Assembly (NCBI GenBank): GCA_041489255.1
Contig: JBGPQV010000002.1
Span: forward strand, 32,001 to 96,000
Direction of reading: 5' to 3'
Source of the DNA: Thermoplasmata archaeon
GTDB taxonomy: Archaea > Thermoplasmatota > Thermoplasmata > RBG-16-68-12 > JAFNFQ01
DNA length: 64,000 bases
Made by a program: the position numbers and the translations under genes
Shown: in pieces, positions 39,100-49,036 of the stretch
Position numbering within the stretch: the first letter of the stretch is position 1
How the letters are laid out: the number at the start of each line of letters is the position of its first letter
The notes under the pieces: generated by a model
Told to the model about the DNA's origin: nothing
Database searches by the model: none
The model's input: only the letters and a program-made list of their open reading frames with translations

Positions 39100-40161
39100 G
39101 GCTTCGTCCAATAATTAACAACCTCCTTGGTTGATGCCGTTCCTGATGCGGAACCTGATGAGGAGACGGATGTTGTACGCTATCACCTTCAGCGCTGTCT
39201 CCCGCCTCTGGTTCCACCACTTCCTGCTCCTCAGGTAAGCGCCAAGCTTCCTCTTGAATGAAGAGTTGACAGCCTCTCCGTTTGACCTCTTGTGGTACCT
39301 CTTGTCGAATGACTCGGGGCGCTTCTTCTTGTGGAGGACCATCCGGCGCCATCCGGGATGACCTTTCGACAGCGTGGTGGCGTTTTCCTTGGGCATGAAG
39401 AAGGGCGTTCCTCCCCTGTCCTCCACGTACTGGGCGTTGTCCCTGGAGGCGTACGCCTTGTCTCCGCACACGTCTCCAAGCTCGCCCTCGATCCTCTCAA
39501 GCATGGGGATCAGCTGAGGGGAGTCTCCCCTCAGGGCGGATGTCAGCTCCCAGGAGTAGATTGGCTTGTCAGGCTGCCTGCACTCGCTCGCCAGGTGCAG
39601 CTTCCTGAACTCCTTCTTCCTGACCTTCTTGTGGAGGCGGAAGAGGTAGTACTCGCTTCTCCTCCTCTCCTCGACGCCTGAGCTGTCTGTTGCTACGTGT
39701 TTCTTTGGCGGTCGACCCCTTTTTTGAACTGGGAGGTGACCTTGTCGTTCAACTCCCTCAGCCAGGACTCGCTGATCCTCTGATGGGCCCTGTGTACGTT
39801 CGACTTCTTCGGGGCCCTCTTCAGGTCGAGATGACTGAGGAGTTCAGGCCTTGCATTCAGGTGGGAGGCCGTGTCCCTGTACTCAAGGCCTAGGTAGTTC
39901 ATGAGTATCAGGACGACAGCTGCCGCCCTCCAATGGAACTCCTCTGGTCTGCCTCTTCCTCTCTTCTTTGGACGACCCCTATTTTCCCGCCTCGTCCACC
40001 CGGGCGGCTTCTTGGCCTTCCACACGATGTCTATGGCGATCCCGATGAAGAGGTTCTCCTCATCACTGGACGCCCTCTCGTAGACCTGCCTGTTCGTAAG
40101 AACCAATTCCCATCCCGACTCCCCTATGGAGGTGCATCAAATCAAATTATTGGACGAAGCC
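39100..40161 (-). mobile_element. Complete IS5-family (IS903-like) insertion sequence, 1062 bp
   Basis: Perfect 17-bp TIRs GGCTTCGTCCAATAATT (39100-39116) / AATTATTGGACGAAGCC (40145-40161); 9-bp TSD GTCAAGGTT at 39091-39099 and 40162-40170. Confidence 0.95.
39115..40106 (-). CDS. DDE transposase in two frames joined by a -1 shift at A6G4
   Basis: OrfA 40106-39693 (HTH-like); the -1 frame continues KHVATDSSG...KLHL...GDKAY...YHKRSNGEAVNSSFKR to the stop at 39115. Confidence 0.88.
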
Positions 40162-40373
40162 GTCAAGGTTCTACGCTACAATCTTGAGAGATTCGGGGAC
40201 ATCGCGGACGAGAACAATGAGCCAGGCGACTGGTTTTTCAGGGTCTGTCGATGGCGCTCACCACAGATGTCAGGGAGGCCCTCTTTAGTCCGGCGATTCT
40301 CTCTTTCCTGCTTGGTCTCGACCGGCAGGGCTCCGCCTGCAAGTGTCGATGCTCCAACGCCCTAGCTCATCGC

Positions 40374-41558
40374 TCAGATGATGCCGACCTGCTTGCCGCC
40401 ATTCACGAACGCGTCGAGCGCCTTGTCCAGGTCCTCGCGCTTCAAGCCGGCGTTCACCATGGTCCTGATCCGGGCCTTGTCCCTCGCGACCATGGGGAAC
40501 ACGATCGGGAGCGCGAACACGCCCGCCTCCCATAGCTTCTCGCTGAGGGCCTTCGCCTTGTGGCTCTCGCCGCACATCACGGGGGTGATCGGCGTGACGC
40601 TGTTGCCGATGTCGAAGCCCGCCGATCTCAGCTGCTTCTTCCAGTACTTCGTGTTGCTCCACAGCTTCTTCACGTGGCGGGGCTCCGTCTCGAGGACATC
40701 TATCGCTGCGATGCACGCCGCCGTGGTGGCTGGCGGATGCGAGCCGCTCAGCAGCCATGATCTGCTCTTGTTGAGTGCGAAGCTCCTCAGGTCGTTGCTT
40801 CCGGAGACATAGCCGCCAACGACGCCGAACGCCTTGGAGAAAGTGCCCATCTCGACTGTGATCTTGCCCTCGATGTGGAAGTGGCTGCCGCAGCCGCGTC
40901 CGCCCTCACCGAGCACGCCTTCGCCGTGCGCATCATCGATGTAGGTCATCGCACCGACCTCGTTGGTCAGCTTCACAATTTGATCGGCTGGGGCGACATC
41001 GCCATCCATGCTGAAAACGCCATCGCTTATGACGAGGATGCGGCGGTACTTCTTGTCCGCCTCCTTGAGGACCCGCTCCAGGTCGGCCATGTCACAGTGC
41101 TTGTAGATGCCCCTCTCGGCCTTTGTCAGCCTGACGCCATCAATGATGCTGCCGTGGTTGAGCTCGTCGGAGATTATGATGTCGCCCTCTCCCGCCAGCT
41201 GTGGGATAAGGCCCTGATTCGCGGCGAAGCCGCTCATGTAGTACAGCGCTGCCTCGGTCTTCTTGAACTTCGCGATGCGCTTCTCGAGCTCGATGTGCAG
41301 GTCCATGTTCCCCGCAATCGGCCTCACCGAGCCGCTTCCGGCGCCGTGCGTCTTGACCGCTTCCTTCGCCGCCCTCTTGATCTTGGGGTGGTTGCTGAGA
41401 TTCAGGTAGTTGTTCGAGCACAGCATGATGACCTCTTTGCCGTCCACAATCGAGTGTGGCGCCGACGGCCCCTGCAGCGTCCTCAACTTCCAGTCAAATC
41501 CCTTCTGCACCAAATCGTCGTATTCAACCTTCAGGAATCCTGTTGCGTCTCTCTGCAT
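40374..41558 (-). CDS. kbl: Glycine C-acetyltransferase (2-amino-3-ketobutyrate CoA ligase)
   Basis: CSNNYLNL, DELNHGSIIDG, DGVFSMDG, DDAHG, GTFSKAFG; adjacent to tdh. Confidence 0.9.
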   Translation of the reverse strand: MQRDATGFLKVEYDDLVQKGFDWKLRTLQGPSAPHSIVDGKEVIMLCSNNYLNLSNHPKIKRAAKEAVKTHGAGSGSVRPIAGNMDLHIELEKRIAKFKKTEAALYYMSGFAANQGLIPQLAGEGDIIISDELNHGSIIDGVRLTKAERGIYKHCDMADLERVLKEADKKYRRILVISDGVFSMDGDVAPADQIVKLTNEVGAMTYIDDAHGEGVLGEGGRGCGSHFHIEGKITVEMGTFSKAFGVVGGYVSGSNDLRSFALNKSRSWLLSGSHPPATTAACIAAIDVLETEPRHVKKLWSNTKYWKKQLRSAGFDIGNSVTPITPVMCGESHKAKALSEKLWEAGVFALPIVFPMVARDKARIRTMVNAGLKREDLDKALDAFVNGGKQVGII

Positions 41559-41570
41559 TCTCTCTCCTCC

Positions 41571-42614
41571 TCATTCCATCGGGAACGCGACCTTGCCGCA
41601 GTTCCCAGACCTCATGACTTCCATCGCCTCGACGTAGTCGTCGAGCTTGAAGCTGTGCGTTAGAATCGGCTTGAGGTTGAGCCCGCTCTTGAGCAGGCCG
41701 CCCATGCGCTGCCACGTCTGGAACATGCGCCGTCCATGGATGCCGAACACCCTCAGACCCTTGGTCACCAATTCGTTGATGTCGAAGGTCAGAGGACCCG
41801 GGTAGATGCCCAGGATGTGCACGCCGCCGGACGGCATCGTGGCCTTGAACGCCTGGATCAGCGCGTCGTGGTTGCCGCTGAACTCGAGGCTCTCCTGCAC
41901 TCCCTCGCCGCCCGTGTCGTCAAGAATTAGCTCAACCGGGTCCTCCCCGGACTTCAAGACCATATCCGCCCCAAGCTTGCGCGCGAGATCCATCCTGTAC
42001 TGGTTCTTCCTGCCGACGGCGTAGACCTTTGAGGCGCCTATGTGCTTGCATATCGCCACCGCCATCAAGCCAATCGGACCGAGGCCGAAAACCGCTACCT
42101 TTTTTCCGACGACATCGCCGCTGTCAACTGTGTAGACAGCGTTGCCCAGCGGGTCTTGGATCGTCGCGTACTCAAGGGGCAGATCCGCATCATTCTTGAG
42201 CACATTCTTTGCGGGAATCGTCATGTACTCGGCGAACGCGCCCGGTCGGTCGATTCCAAGGATGCTGACTGTCCTGCAGACGTGAGCGTTGCCGCTCCTG
42301 CACTGATAGCAGTATCCGCAGGCTATGTGGCCTTCTGCGGAGACATAGTCGCCCTTCTTGAACTCGGTCACGGTGGAGCCGACTGCTTCGACCTCGCCTG
42401 CGAACTCGTGACCTTGAATCAAGGGCGTCTTGATCCTCTTCTGCGACCACGCGTCCCAGTCATATATGTGGACGTCGGTGCCGCAGATCGACGATATTCG
42501 CGTCCTCATCAGAATCTCGTCAGGAAGGGGCTTCGGGATCGGCACCTTCTTGACGACCGTGCTCTTCGGCGCAGACTTCTCTTTGACGGCTGCCTTCATC
42601 ATCTTATCGGCCAT
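41571..42614 (-). CDS. tdh: L-threonine 3-dehydrogenase (Zn-dependent)
   Basis: ICGTDVHIYDWDAW, GHEF, EGHIACGYCYQC...HVC, DPLGNAV, GIHGRRMFQTW. Confidence 0.93.
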   Translation of the reverse strand: MADKMMKAAVKEKSAPKSTVVKKVPIPKPLPDEILMRTRISSICGTDVHIYDWDAWSQKRIKTPLIQGHEFAGEVEAVGSTVTEFKKGDYVSAEGHIACGYCYQCRSGNAHVCRTVSILGIDRPGAFAEYMTIPAKNVLKNDADLPLEYATIQDPLGNAVYTVDSGDVVGKKVAVFGLGPIGLMAVAICKHIGASKVYAVGRKNQYRMDLARKLGADMVLKSGEDPVELILDDTGGEGVQESLEFSGNHDALIQAFKATMPSGGVHILGIYPGPLTFDINELVTKGLRVFGIHGRRMFQTWQRMGGLLKSGLNLKPILTHSFKLDDYVEAMEVMRSGNCGKVAFPME

Positions 42615-42660
42615 GCCAGTCCTCCTCGGAGTGGTGAAAGGAGGGAAACTCAAGTTCTAC

Positions 42661-43794
42661 TTAAACCTGTAGGGGATGCATCCTCATCGTTCTATAGCCG
42701 ACTATTACCCGTAGATACTCTTTCTTGGCGAACTCCGAGTCGAGCTTCGCATCGCCCGTGTCCACGCGGAGGGTCGGCGTCACCTGAAGCTTCGATGGCG
42801 TCGCGAATACAATGATGTTGGAAATCCCGATCCTTCGCACCACCTTCGGGCTCAGCTGCAGGTTGCCCCGCCCCAGGATGAAGCCCTGAGCACCGATCGG
42901 GCTCACGGCGAGATAGGCGGGTTCATGCTTGTCGAGAAGCCCGAGCAGGCTCCGCTCGTCGAGATCCTTTCCTACCTGCTTGCCATCGACGACCGCGTCT
43001 ATTCCCAAGAGCGTCTTGTCGATCTTGAGGCTCTTGCTGATTCTGGAAATCGTCGAACCTGGGCCCAGAATGAAAAGCGCCTTAGGCTCCTTCTCGATCA
43101 GTTCAGAGAGGTACTCCCCCATCTCGTCTTTGATCGCCTCATCAGCAACTTCCGCGACCATCATCTTGCCCGCCTGAACGAGGTTCGGCTCCTGCAATGT
43201 CGTGGCGGTGCCGAAGAGGCGGACGACCCATTTGCCTTTCCGATACTTCTCCTCGTCGAGGTCGAGAATCTCCGCTTCTCCCGGTCCGATGCGACCGTTG
43301 ATGAAACCCTGGAGCAGGAAAGCGACATTCTCCGGCCGCGTGCAGAAGACACCGGAGTGCATCTTCACTCCTGCCGGGATGCCTACCACAGGGACGTTCT
43401 TACCGACCACCTTCACGATGTCTCTTGCGGTTCCGTCCCCGCCGCAGAAGAGAATCACATCCACTCCCCTCTCTGCAAATGCCTTCGCGGCGGCCTCCGT
43501 GTCTTTCGCCGATGTGTGCTTTGGCGGGCGGTGAACAATCTCGATGCCGCTCTGAGTAACTCCCGCTCGGAGCAACTCCGATTCCCCCATGACTCCCGAG
43601 CATGTGAGGAATTGCACATCCTTCACCGAGCTGCCGAGCTGCGAGACGAGCTTGGTCAGAGCTTCCTTCGCGCGGTCAGGAGAAACCGACTTGGCTCCCC
43701 GACGCCGCGCTTCCTCCTCGACGTTGTCTGAACCCTTCAGCCCGACTCTCCCGCCAATCCCGGCTATCGGGTTCACCAGGAAACCTATGCGCAT
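42661..43794 (-). CDS. ATP-NAD kinase family protein
   Basis: VNPIAGIGG..GLKGSD, GGDGTARD, GVKMHS, LGRGNLQ. Confidence 0.88.
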   Translation of the reverse strand: MRIGFLVNPIAGIGGRVGLKGSDNVEEEARRRGAKSVSPDRAKEALTKLVSQLGSSVKDVQFLTCSGVMGESELLRAGVTQSGIEIVHRPPKHTSAKDTEAAAKAFAERGVDVILFCGGDGTARDIVKVVGKNVPVVGIPAGVKMHSGVFCTRPENVAFLLQGFINGRIGPGEAEILDLDEEKYRKGKWVVRLFGTATTLQEPNLVQAGKMMVAEVADEAIKDEMGEYLSELIEKEPKALFILGPGSTISRISKSLKIDKTLLGIDAVVDGKQVGKDLDERSLLGLLDKHEPAYLAVSPIGAQGFILGRGNLQLSPKVVRRIGISNIIVFATPSKLQVTPTLRVDTGDAKLDSEFAKKEYLRVIVGYRTMRMHPLQV

Positions 43795-43851
43795 CAAGCC
43801 GACTATGTGTGAGCGGTATTTCAAAATGCCCATCGAGGGGCGATGTGATCG

Positions 43852-45285
43852 TCAATGCTCGATGCCCGCCAGCTTCCTCGCTAGCTCCTTCTTGCTCTCG
43901 AGCTCGGAAAGTTGTCTGATCGTCATCTGAGCGGCCGCGGGAGAACCGCCGCCGTGCAGGCATAATGCCCCGAGCCGCCCGGGCCCGGCCACCATGCTCT
44001 CAACGAGCTTTGCCACACGGAGCTTCTTTTCTGCAGTCACTCCGTGAGTCCCCCGGTAGTACTTCTCAACGAGCGGACCGATCTTCGGACTCTTCAGGTC
44101 GAGCTCTGAAGGCATCGCGGAGATCATCCCGCCACCGATATCCTCGGCGAGCCTCTGCACCTCATATGGAAGGCGGGTGACGCTGGTCTTCGTGACGTTC
44201 GCGAGAAGCTGATCGGGGAACCATGCGCCCGATGGAGATGCCTTTCCCTCGTACGCTGCGCCGATTGCCTGCGCATATAATGCCTCAGAGAGATAGGTCA
44301 TCTCGGTCAGCCGGTCCTGCATCTGCCTCGACAAACCGTTATATTCCGCGAGGAGTGCGGCGGCTCCGGTGAGCACATCACCGCATCCCGCCAAGCATCC
44401 GCCGAGCACCATGCGGTGCAGCAGGACGAACCTCGAGACGACCTCTGCGGCGTAGTCGTTCTCGCCGCACATGAAGACGCGCTCCTTTGGGACGAACACA
44501 TCGTTGAAGATGACGAGCGCCTCTGAGGATCCGAAGCGGACATTGCCCTTGTCGAAGCTGTCCTTGAGCTTCGCCTCCCCGCCAGGCTGGGCGTTGACCA
44601 CCTGGACCACGCCCTCCGAGTTGAGCGGCACCGCAAAGGCGACAGCGTGGTCTCTCTCGTCCTCGGAGAAACCGGTTCCCGGCTGCACGATGATCTCGTG
44701 TGAGCCCACAGCACCGCCGATCATCGACTTGGCACCGCGGACGACGATTCCCTTCCTGTCCTCCTCGACTACGCGCAGGTAGACGTCCTTGTCGGGCTGC
44801 TGCCTCGGTTTCAGCGCGCGGTTCCCTTTCGGGTCTGTCAGCGCGCCCGCGCACGCGAGGTCCTTGCCCTGCACCATCGAAGCGTACTTCGCCAGTCTCT
44901 TATGATAGTCAGTCCCGAGACGGGAGTCCATCTCAAAGGTGGTGTGCCAGAGGGCGTTCAACGCATCCCAGCCGCAGCACCTGCTTCCAGTACACACCCC
45001 GGTCTTCTGGCAGACGAGGCGGGCAACCCGCACGCGGTTGACCAGATCCTCGCGCGATCGGTGTATCGAGCAATAGACGTTGAACCTCCCGCTACCCTCA
45101 CCCCTCGTGAGCATCTCCGCGTTCCTCTGGTCTCTGGAGAGATCGTAGATCTGGCCGATGCCCTCGAGCGCGAGGCGGGTGAAACCGTTCTTCGTCACAT
45201 CGGGGATGCGCTTGCCGAGCATGTACGCCTCGGTCTTCATCTTCCCAATGCTCTCGATGTATTGCTCCTTTGACTTCAGCGTCAT
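43852..45285 (-). CDS. abfD: 4-hydroxybutyryl-CoA dehydratase / 4-hydroxyphenylacetate 3-hydroxylase family protein
   Basis: CTGSRCCGWDA, TDPKGNR, RGAK, HRMVLGGC, LHGGGSP; Cys/His cluster ligands as in AbfD. Confidence 0.75.
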   Translation of the reverse strand: MTLKSKEQYIESIGKMKTEAYMLGKRIPDVTKNGFTRLALEGIGQIYDLSRDQRNAEMLTRGEGSGRFNVYCSIHRSREDLVNRVRVARLVCQKTGVCTGSRCCGWDALNALWHTTFEMDSRLGTDYHKRLAKYASMVQGKDLACAGALTDPKGNRALKPRQQPDKDVYLRVVEEDRKGIVVRGAKSMIGGAVGSHEIIVQPGTGFSEDERDHAVAFAVPLNSEGVVQVVNAQPGGEAKLKDSFDKGNVRFGSSEALVIFNDVFVPKERVFMCGENDYAAEVVSRFVLLHRMVLGGCLAGCGDVLTGAAALLAEYNGLSRQMQDRLTEMTYLSEALYAQAIGAAYEGKASPSGAWFPDQLLANVTKTSVTRLPYEVQRLAEDIGGGMISAMPSELDLKSPKIGPLVEKYYRGTHGVTAEKKLRVAKLVESMVAGPGRLGALCLHGGGSPAAAQMTIRQLSELESKKELARKLAGIEH

Positions 45286-45294
45286 GCCTGCACC

Positions 45295-46431
45295 TCAGAG
45301 TAGGTCGTTCGAGATGACCAGCCGCTGTATTTCCGACGTCCCCTCATAAATCTCTGTTATTTTCGCGTCCCTATAGTACCGCTCAAGAGGCAGATCGGTC
45401 ATGTATCCATAGCCGCCGTGGATCTGCAGCGCCTTGCGAGCTGCTTCCACCGCGGTCGACGCCGCGAACAGTTTCGCCATCGCAGCCTCCTTCGTGTGCC
45501 GCTTTCCGATGTCCGTGATCCGCGCGGCCTTATGGGTCAGAAGTCTGGCGGCTTCGATGTCTGTGGCCATGTCCGCGATCATCCATCTGAGGGCTTGCTG
45601 GTCCGCGATCGGCCTGCCGAACTGCACCCTGGTCTTCGAGTACTGTATCGCAGCGTCGAGCGATGCCTGGGCGATGCCGCAAGCCTGGGCGGCGATGCTG
45701 ATACGACCGCAATCGAGCGCCTCCATCGCAATCTTGAACCCGTCCCCTGCCCGGCCGAGCATGCTCTCGGCAGGAACGCGCACGTCGTCGAAGATGACCT
45801 CGGACGCGAGCGAGGACCTGATGCCCATCTTGTCGAAGATCTTGCCAATCTTCACACCAGGCATGTCCCGCTCGACCACGAAGCACGATATCCCCCGGTG
45901 AGCCATCGACCTATCAGTCATGGCGAAAACGAGATACGTGCTCGCGAGCGGCGCGTTCATGATGAAGTATTTGCGGCCCTTGATGATGTAGTGGTCTCCC
46001 TTCAACGTCGCCTTGGATTCCATGGAGGCAACGTCGCTTCCCGCCACGGGCTCGGTTAGACAGAAGGAACCGAACTGTTTGCCCTGGGCCAGAGGCCTGA
46101 GGTAATGCATCTTCTGCTGTTCGTTCCCGAACCAGAGGAGAGGCTGGCTCACGAGCGAGGTATGCACCGCCAGGGTCACGCCAAAAGCCGCGGAGCCTTT
46201 CGATATCTCCTCGACCGCGAGCACATAGCTGACGACGTCGTGCCCGCCGCCGCCGTGCTTGCGGGGAATCGGGATGCCTGTGAGGCCTGCCTTGGCAAGC
46301 TCCCGCCACGCGTCCATGGGGAACTTGTTCGTCTTGTCCCACTTGTCCGCCTCGGACAGGACGTGCTCCTCGACGAACCTCCTCGCTTTCCTCTTGACCT
46401 GCTCCTGGTTCTTGCTTGGCGAGAAATCCAT
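45295..46431 (-). CDS. Acyl-CoA dehydrogenase
   Basis: FCLTEP.AGSD, KMGIRSS, GRISIAAQ, RVQFG, QIHGGYGY, IYEGTSEIQR. Confidence 0.95.
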   Translation of the reverse strand: MDFSPSKNQEQVKRKARRFVEEHVLSEADKWDKTNKFPMDAWRELAKAGLTGIPIPRKHGGGGHDVVSYVLAVEEISKGSAAFGVTLAVHTSLVSQPLLWFGNEQQKMHYLRPLAQGKQFGSFCLTEPVAGSDVASMESKATLKGDHYIIKGRKYFIMNAPLASTYLVFAMTDRSMAHRGISCFVVERDMPGVKIGKIFDKMGIRSSLASEVIFDDVRVPAESMLGRAGDGFKIAMEALDCGRISIAAQACGIAQASLDAAIQYSKTRVQFGRPIADQQALRWMIADMATDIEAARLLTHKAARITDIGKRHTKEAAMAKLFAASTAVEAARKALQIHGGYGYMTDLPLERYYRDAKITEIYEGTSEIQRLVISNDLL

Positions 46432-46598
46432 TGTGATCGCCTGTCTCTCTCCGGACCGACCGGTAAGAACGTTGGCGGTGTATAGTCGTTGTGGGCGAGG
46501 CCATGTGTCCGGGTCGAATTCCACTCAGTAAGCCACTCTGTGCTACCCGCGGTGATAATCATGGCCGATAGGCACGACAAGTCCCTTGATGCTAGCTG

Positions 46599-46904
46599 AT
46601 GCGAATACTATCTGATACGTTACTCAGAAAACAAGGCGAGCTTGATGAGGACTGCAGGAGGATACTCCTCCTCGCCATGAAGTCCCCCAAGACGCCGCCG
46701 CAGATCAGCAAATTGACCGACATCCCGATAACGAGATGCTGGGAGAAGGTCCGCTACCTGGAATCACTCGGCTTGATCAGGCCCGTCCTCGCGTTCGTGA
46801 ACAACAAGGGAAAGGCAGTAAGGTACTACGAGACCTCCATCCACGCGGAACGCCTCGAGGAGAGGGGATTGGAGAATCTCGTGACCTCTCCCTACATGTT
46901 CTGA
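46599..46904 (+). CDS. Small winged helix-turn-helix protein
   Basis: RRILL...PKTPPQISKLTDIPITRCWEKVRYLESLGLI...KGKAVRYY. Confidence 0.8.
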   Translation: MRILSDTLLRKQGELDEDCRRILLLAMKSPKTPPQISKLTDIPITRCWEKVRYLESLGLIRPVLAFVNNKGKAVRYYETSIHAERLEERGLENLVTSPYMF

Positions 46905-47032
46905 ACCGCCCCGCGAACGCGCCTAGATCGGTTTGTCAAGCCCCTCGACCCACCGTCCCAAGTTATAAATAGGCTGACAAGCATGCTCAAATTGTCCGAC
47001 AAAGGTCGGACGTACGCATAAAGGGATGGGAC

Positions 47033-47932
47033 ATGGGCCTACGCCGAAAGTCCGGCAGGGCTCCTCGGGACCAAGCGACGAAAAGCTTGGTCAACCAAGG
47101 AGTCTACAGGATAGATGTCCAAGACCATGAGCTTGGCTTCTTTCACCGTCACAAAGCGGCTTTCTCTTTCTGGTCTGGCGTTCGATACATCCTGATCCTT
47201 TCAGTGCTGCTGTGGTGGCTCCCGACCGTCGGCCAGATGATCGCGGGTTACGTTGGCGGGAGGAGGACCGGTGCTCCATGGAAAGGCGTCATCGCGGCGG
47301 TCATCCCCATGGCGGTGATCTTCGGTGCGGCGTACGCGGTCGAGCATGGCTACATCGGGCTTGGGGCTGACTTCTTCGGTGCACTGCCTGCCTCGATCGT
47401 GCAGTCCGTCTCAAGCAGGGTCCCAGCACTCACTCCATATGTCGACTTCGTGGTGCAGTACATCGCCTCGTTCGTCATCGCGATGCGCACGACATTGTCC
47501 ATGGGCTCGAACGGGTACATGGTTACAATCGTGTTCGCGTACATCGGCGGCGTCATGGCCGAGCAGGCTCGGCACGAGGTCGCGGCGTCAGGGGGACGCT
47601 CGGGCGCCAGTGTCTCAATCACTCAACCGATATTCCATCACGCTCAGGAGGATGGCGAGATGATCAGATCCAGACGAAAAGAACCAGTGGAATTGGCGAC
47701 GATGAAGAAGATACCAGCATCGAATGTGGCTGCGGCACACGCTGCACCGGTTGCCAAGGCAGACGAAGAGCTGAGCAAGGAGAAGGTCTCAACCAGCTCC
47801 AAGGATGCCGAGAAGAAGCACACGAAGAGGCAGGTCGAACCAGCGAAGACCAGGAGCGAGCAGCAGGAAGTCAGGTTGCAGCACTACGTTGACCAGGCGC
47901 TGAGCAGGTACCAGGAAAAGCACCATCACTGA
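47033..47932 (+). CDS. Hypothetical membrane protein
   Basis: LLWWLP..GQMIAGYVGGRR.G, several TM helices, charged tail; TATA ttataaat at ~46963. Confidence 0.75.
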   Translation: MGLRRKSGRAPRDQATKSLVNQGVYRIDVQDHELGFFHRHKAAFSFWSGVRYILILSVLLWWLPTVGQMIAGYVGGRRTGAPWKGVIAAVIPMAVIFGAAYAVEHGYIGLGADFFGALPASIVQSVSSRVPALTPYVDFVVQYIASFVIAMRTTLSMGSNGYMVTIVFAYIGGVMAEQARHEVAASGGRSGASVSITQPIFHHAQEDGEMIRSRRKEPVELATMKKIPASNVAAAHAAPVAKADEELSKEKVSTSSKDAEKKHTKRQVEPAKTRSEQQEVRLQHYVDQALSRYQEKHHH

Positions 47933-49036
47933 GTGGAGGCTCGACGAGCGGAGTCGGCAGTGCCCCCGCTCCAAATAAGGTGCCGCCATGTGCCTACCGA
48001 ATGTTTTTCTAGACGGCCTTGGCATTCCACGGGCGTGAACAAGCCCGCGGTTTCCCTCCCTGGCTACCATTCAATCCTCCGTGGGCGGCGACTTCCGGGA
48101 TTCCTGCGCTGCGCAGAGACCGGACTGCGAATCGACCTCTCCGCAGACGAACCGACGCTATGGCGGTGTCATCGCGAGGGGATGAAGAGGCTCGATGCCG
48201 GACTGCGCGGCGACGGCCCTGTGTCGTTGCTGCAGTTGAAGGCCGAGCTCGCGCGGAGACTTCTGAAGCCGTGCAGGCTCTGCGAAAGGCGGTGCAAGGT
48301 GGATAGACTGGCGGGGAAGACCGGCTACTGCGGTGTCGACAAGCCGAGGATATCGAATCGCTTCGTGCACATGGGCGAGGAGCCCGACCTGATCCCCTCA
48401 TACACGATATTCTTCTCGGGCTGCACTTTCGAGTGCCTCTTCTGCCAGAACTGGGACATTAGTCAGCGCGAGACGGGGACGACTCTTCAGGCGGGCGCCG
48501 TGGCACGAGACATCGACGAGCACTTCGGCGATGTGAAGAACATCAACTGGGTGGGCGGCGAACCGACGCCAAACCTGCCGTTCATCCTCGATGTTTTGAC
48601 GATGGCCAAGGAGCCGACCCCGCAGATATGGAACAGCAACATGTACATGACTGAAGAGGCCATGGCTCTTCTTCACGGAGTCGCCGATGTCTACCTGGCC
48701 GATTTCAAATGGGGGCCGGGCGATTGCTCGAAGAAATATTCCAGAATCCACTATTACTGGGAAATCGTGACACGCAATCATGTGCTCGCGAACGAGCACG
48801 CGGAGATCGTGCTGCGCCATCTGGTCATGCCGGGCCACGTAGACTGCTGCTCCCGCCCCGTCCTGGAATGGATCGCCGGCAACCTCGATACGAGCAAGGT
48901 GATCGTGAATGTCATGGACCAGTACCGTCCTGAATACAAAGCGCCAGGAATCCCTGGCATCGATCAGAGGATATCGGAATCGGAGTTTCTTGAAGCTTAC
49001 AAGCTCGCGAGGAATCTCGGGCTTGAGGTCACTTGA
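47933..49036 (+). CDS. pflX: Radical SAM protein, PflX-like
   Basis: CRLCERRC, HMGEE, GCTFECLFCQNWDISQ, GGEPTP, LRHLVMPGH, NVMDQYRP; start uncertain. Confidence 0.88.
   Translation: MEARRAESAVPPLQIRCRHVPTECFSRRPWHSTGVNKPAVSLPGYHSILRGRRLPGFLRCAETGLRIDLSADEPTLWRCHREGMKRLDAGLRGDGPVSLLQLKAELARRLLKPCRLCERRCKVDRLAGKTGYCGVDKPRISNRFVHMGEEPDLIPSYTIFFSGCTFECLFCQNWDISQRETGTTLQAGAVARDIDEHFGDVKNINWVGGEPTPNLPFILDVLTMAKEPTPQIWNSNMYMTEEAMALLHGVADVYLADFKWGPGDCSKKYSRIHYYWEIVTRNHVLANEHAEIVLRHLVMPGHVDCCSRPVLEWIAGNLDTSKVIVNVMDQYRPEYKAPGIPGIDQRISESEFLEAYKLARNLGLEVT

Noticed and set aside
43852-45285. Evidence for an autotrophic HP/HB or DC/HB cycle
   Set aside because: AbfD-like genes also act in fermentation; context is catabolic and no carboxylase is present.
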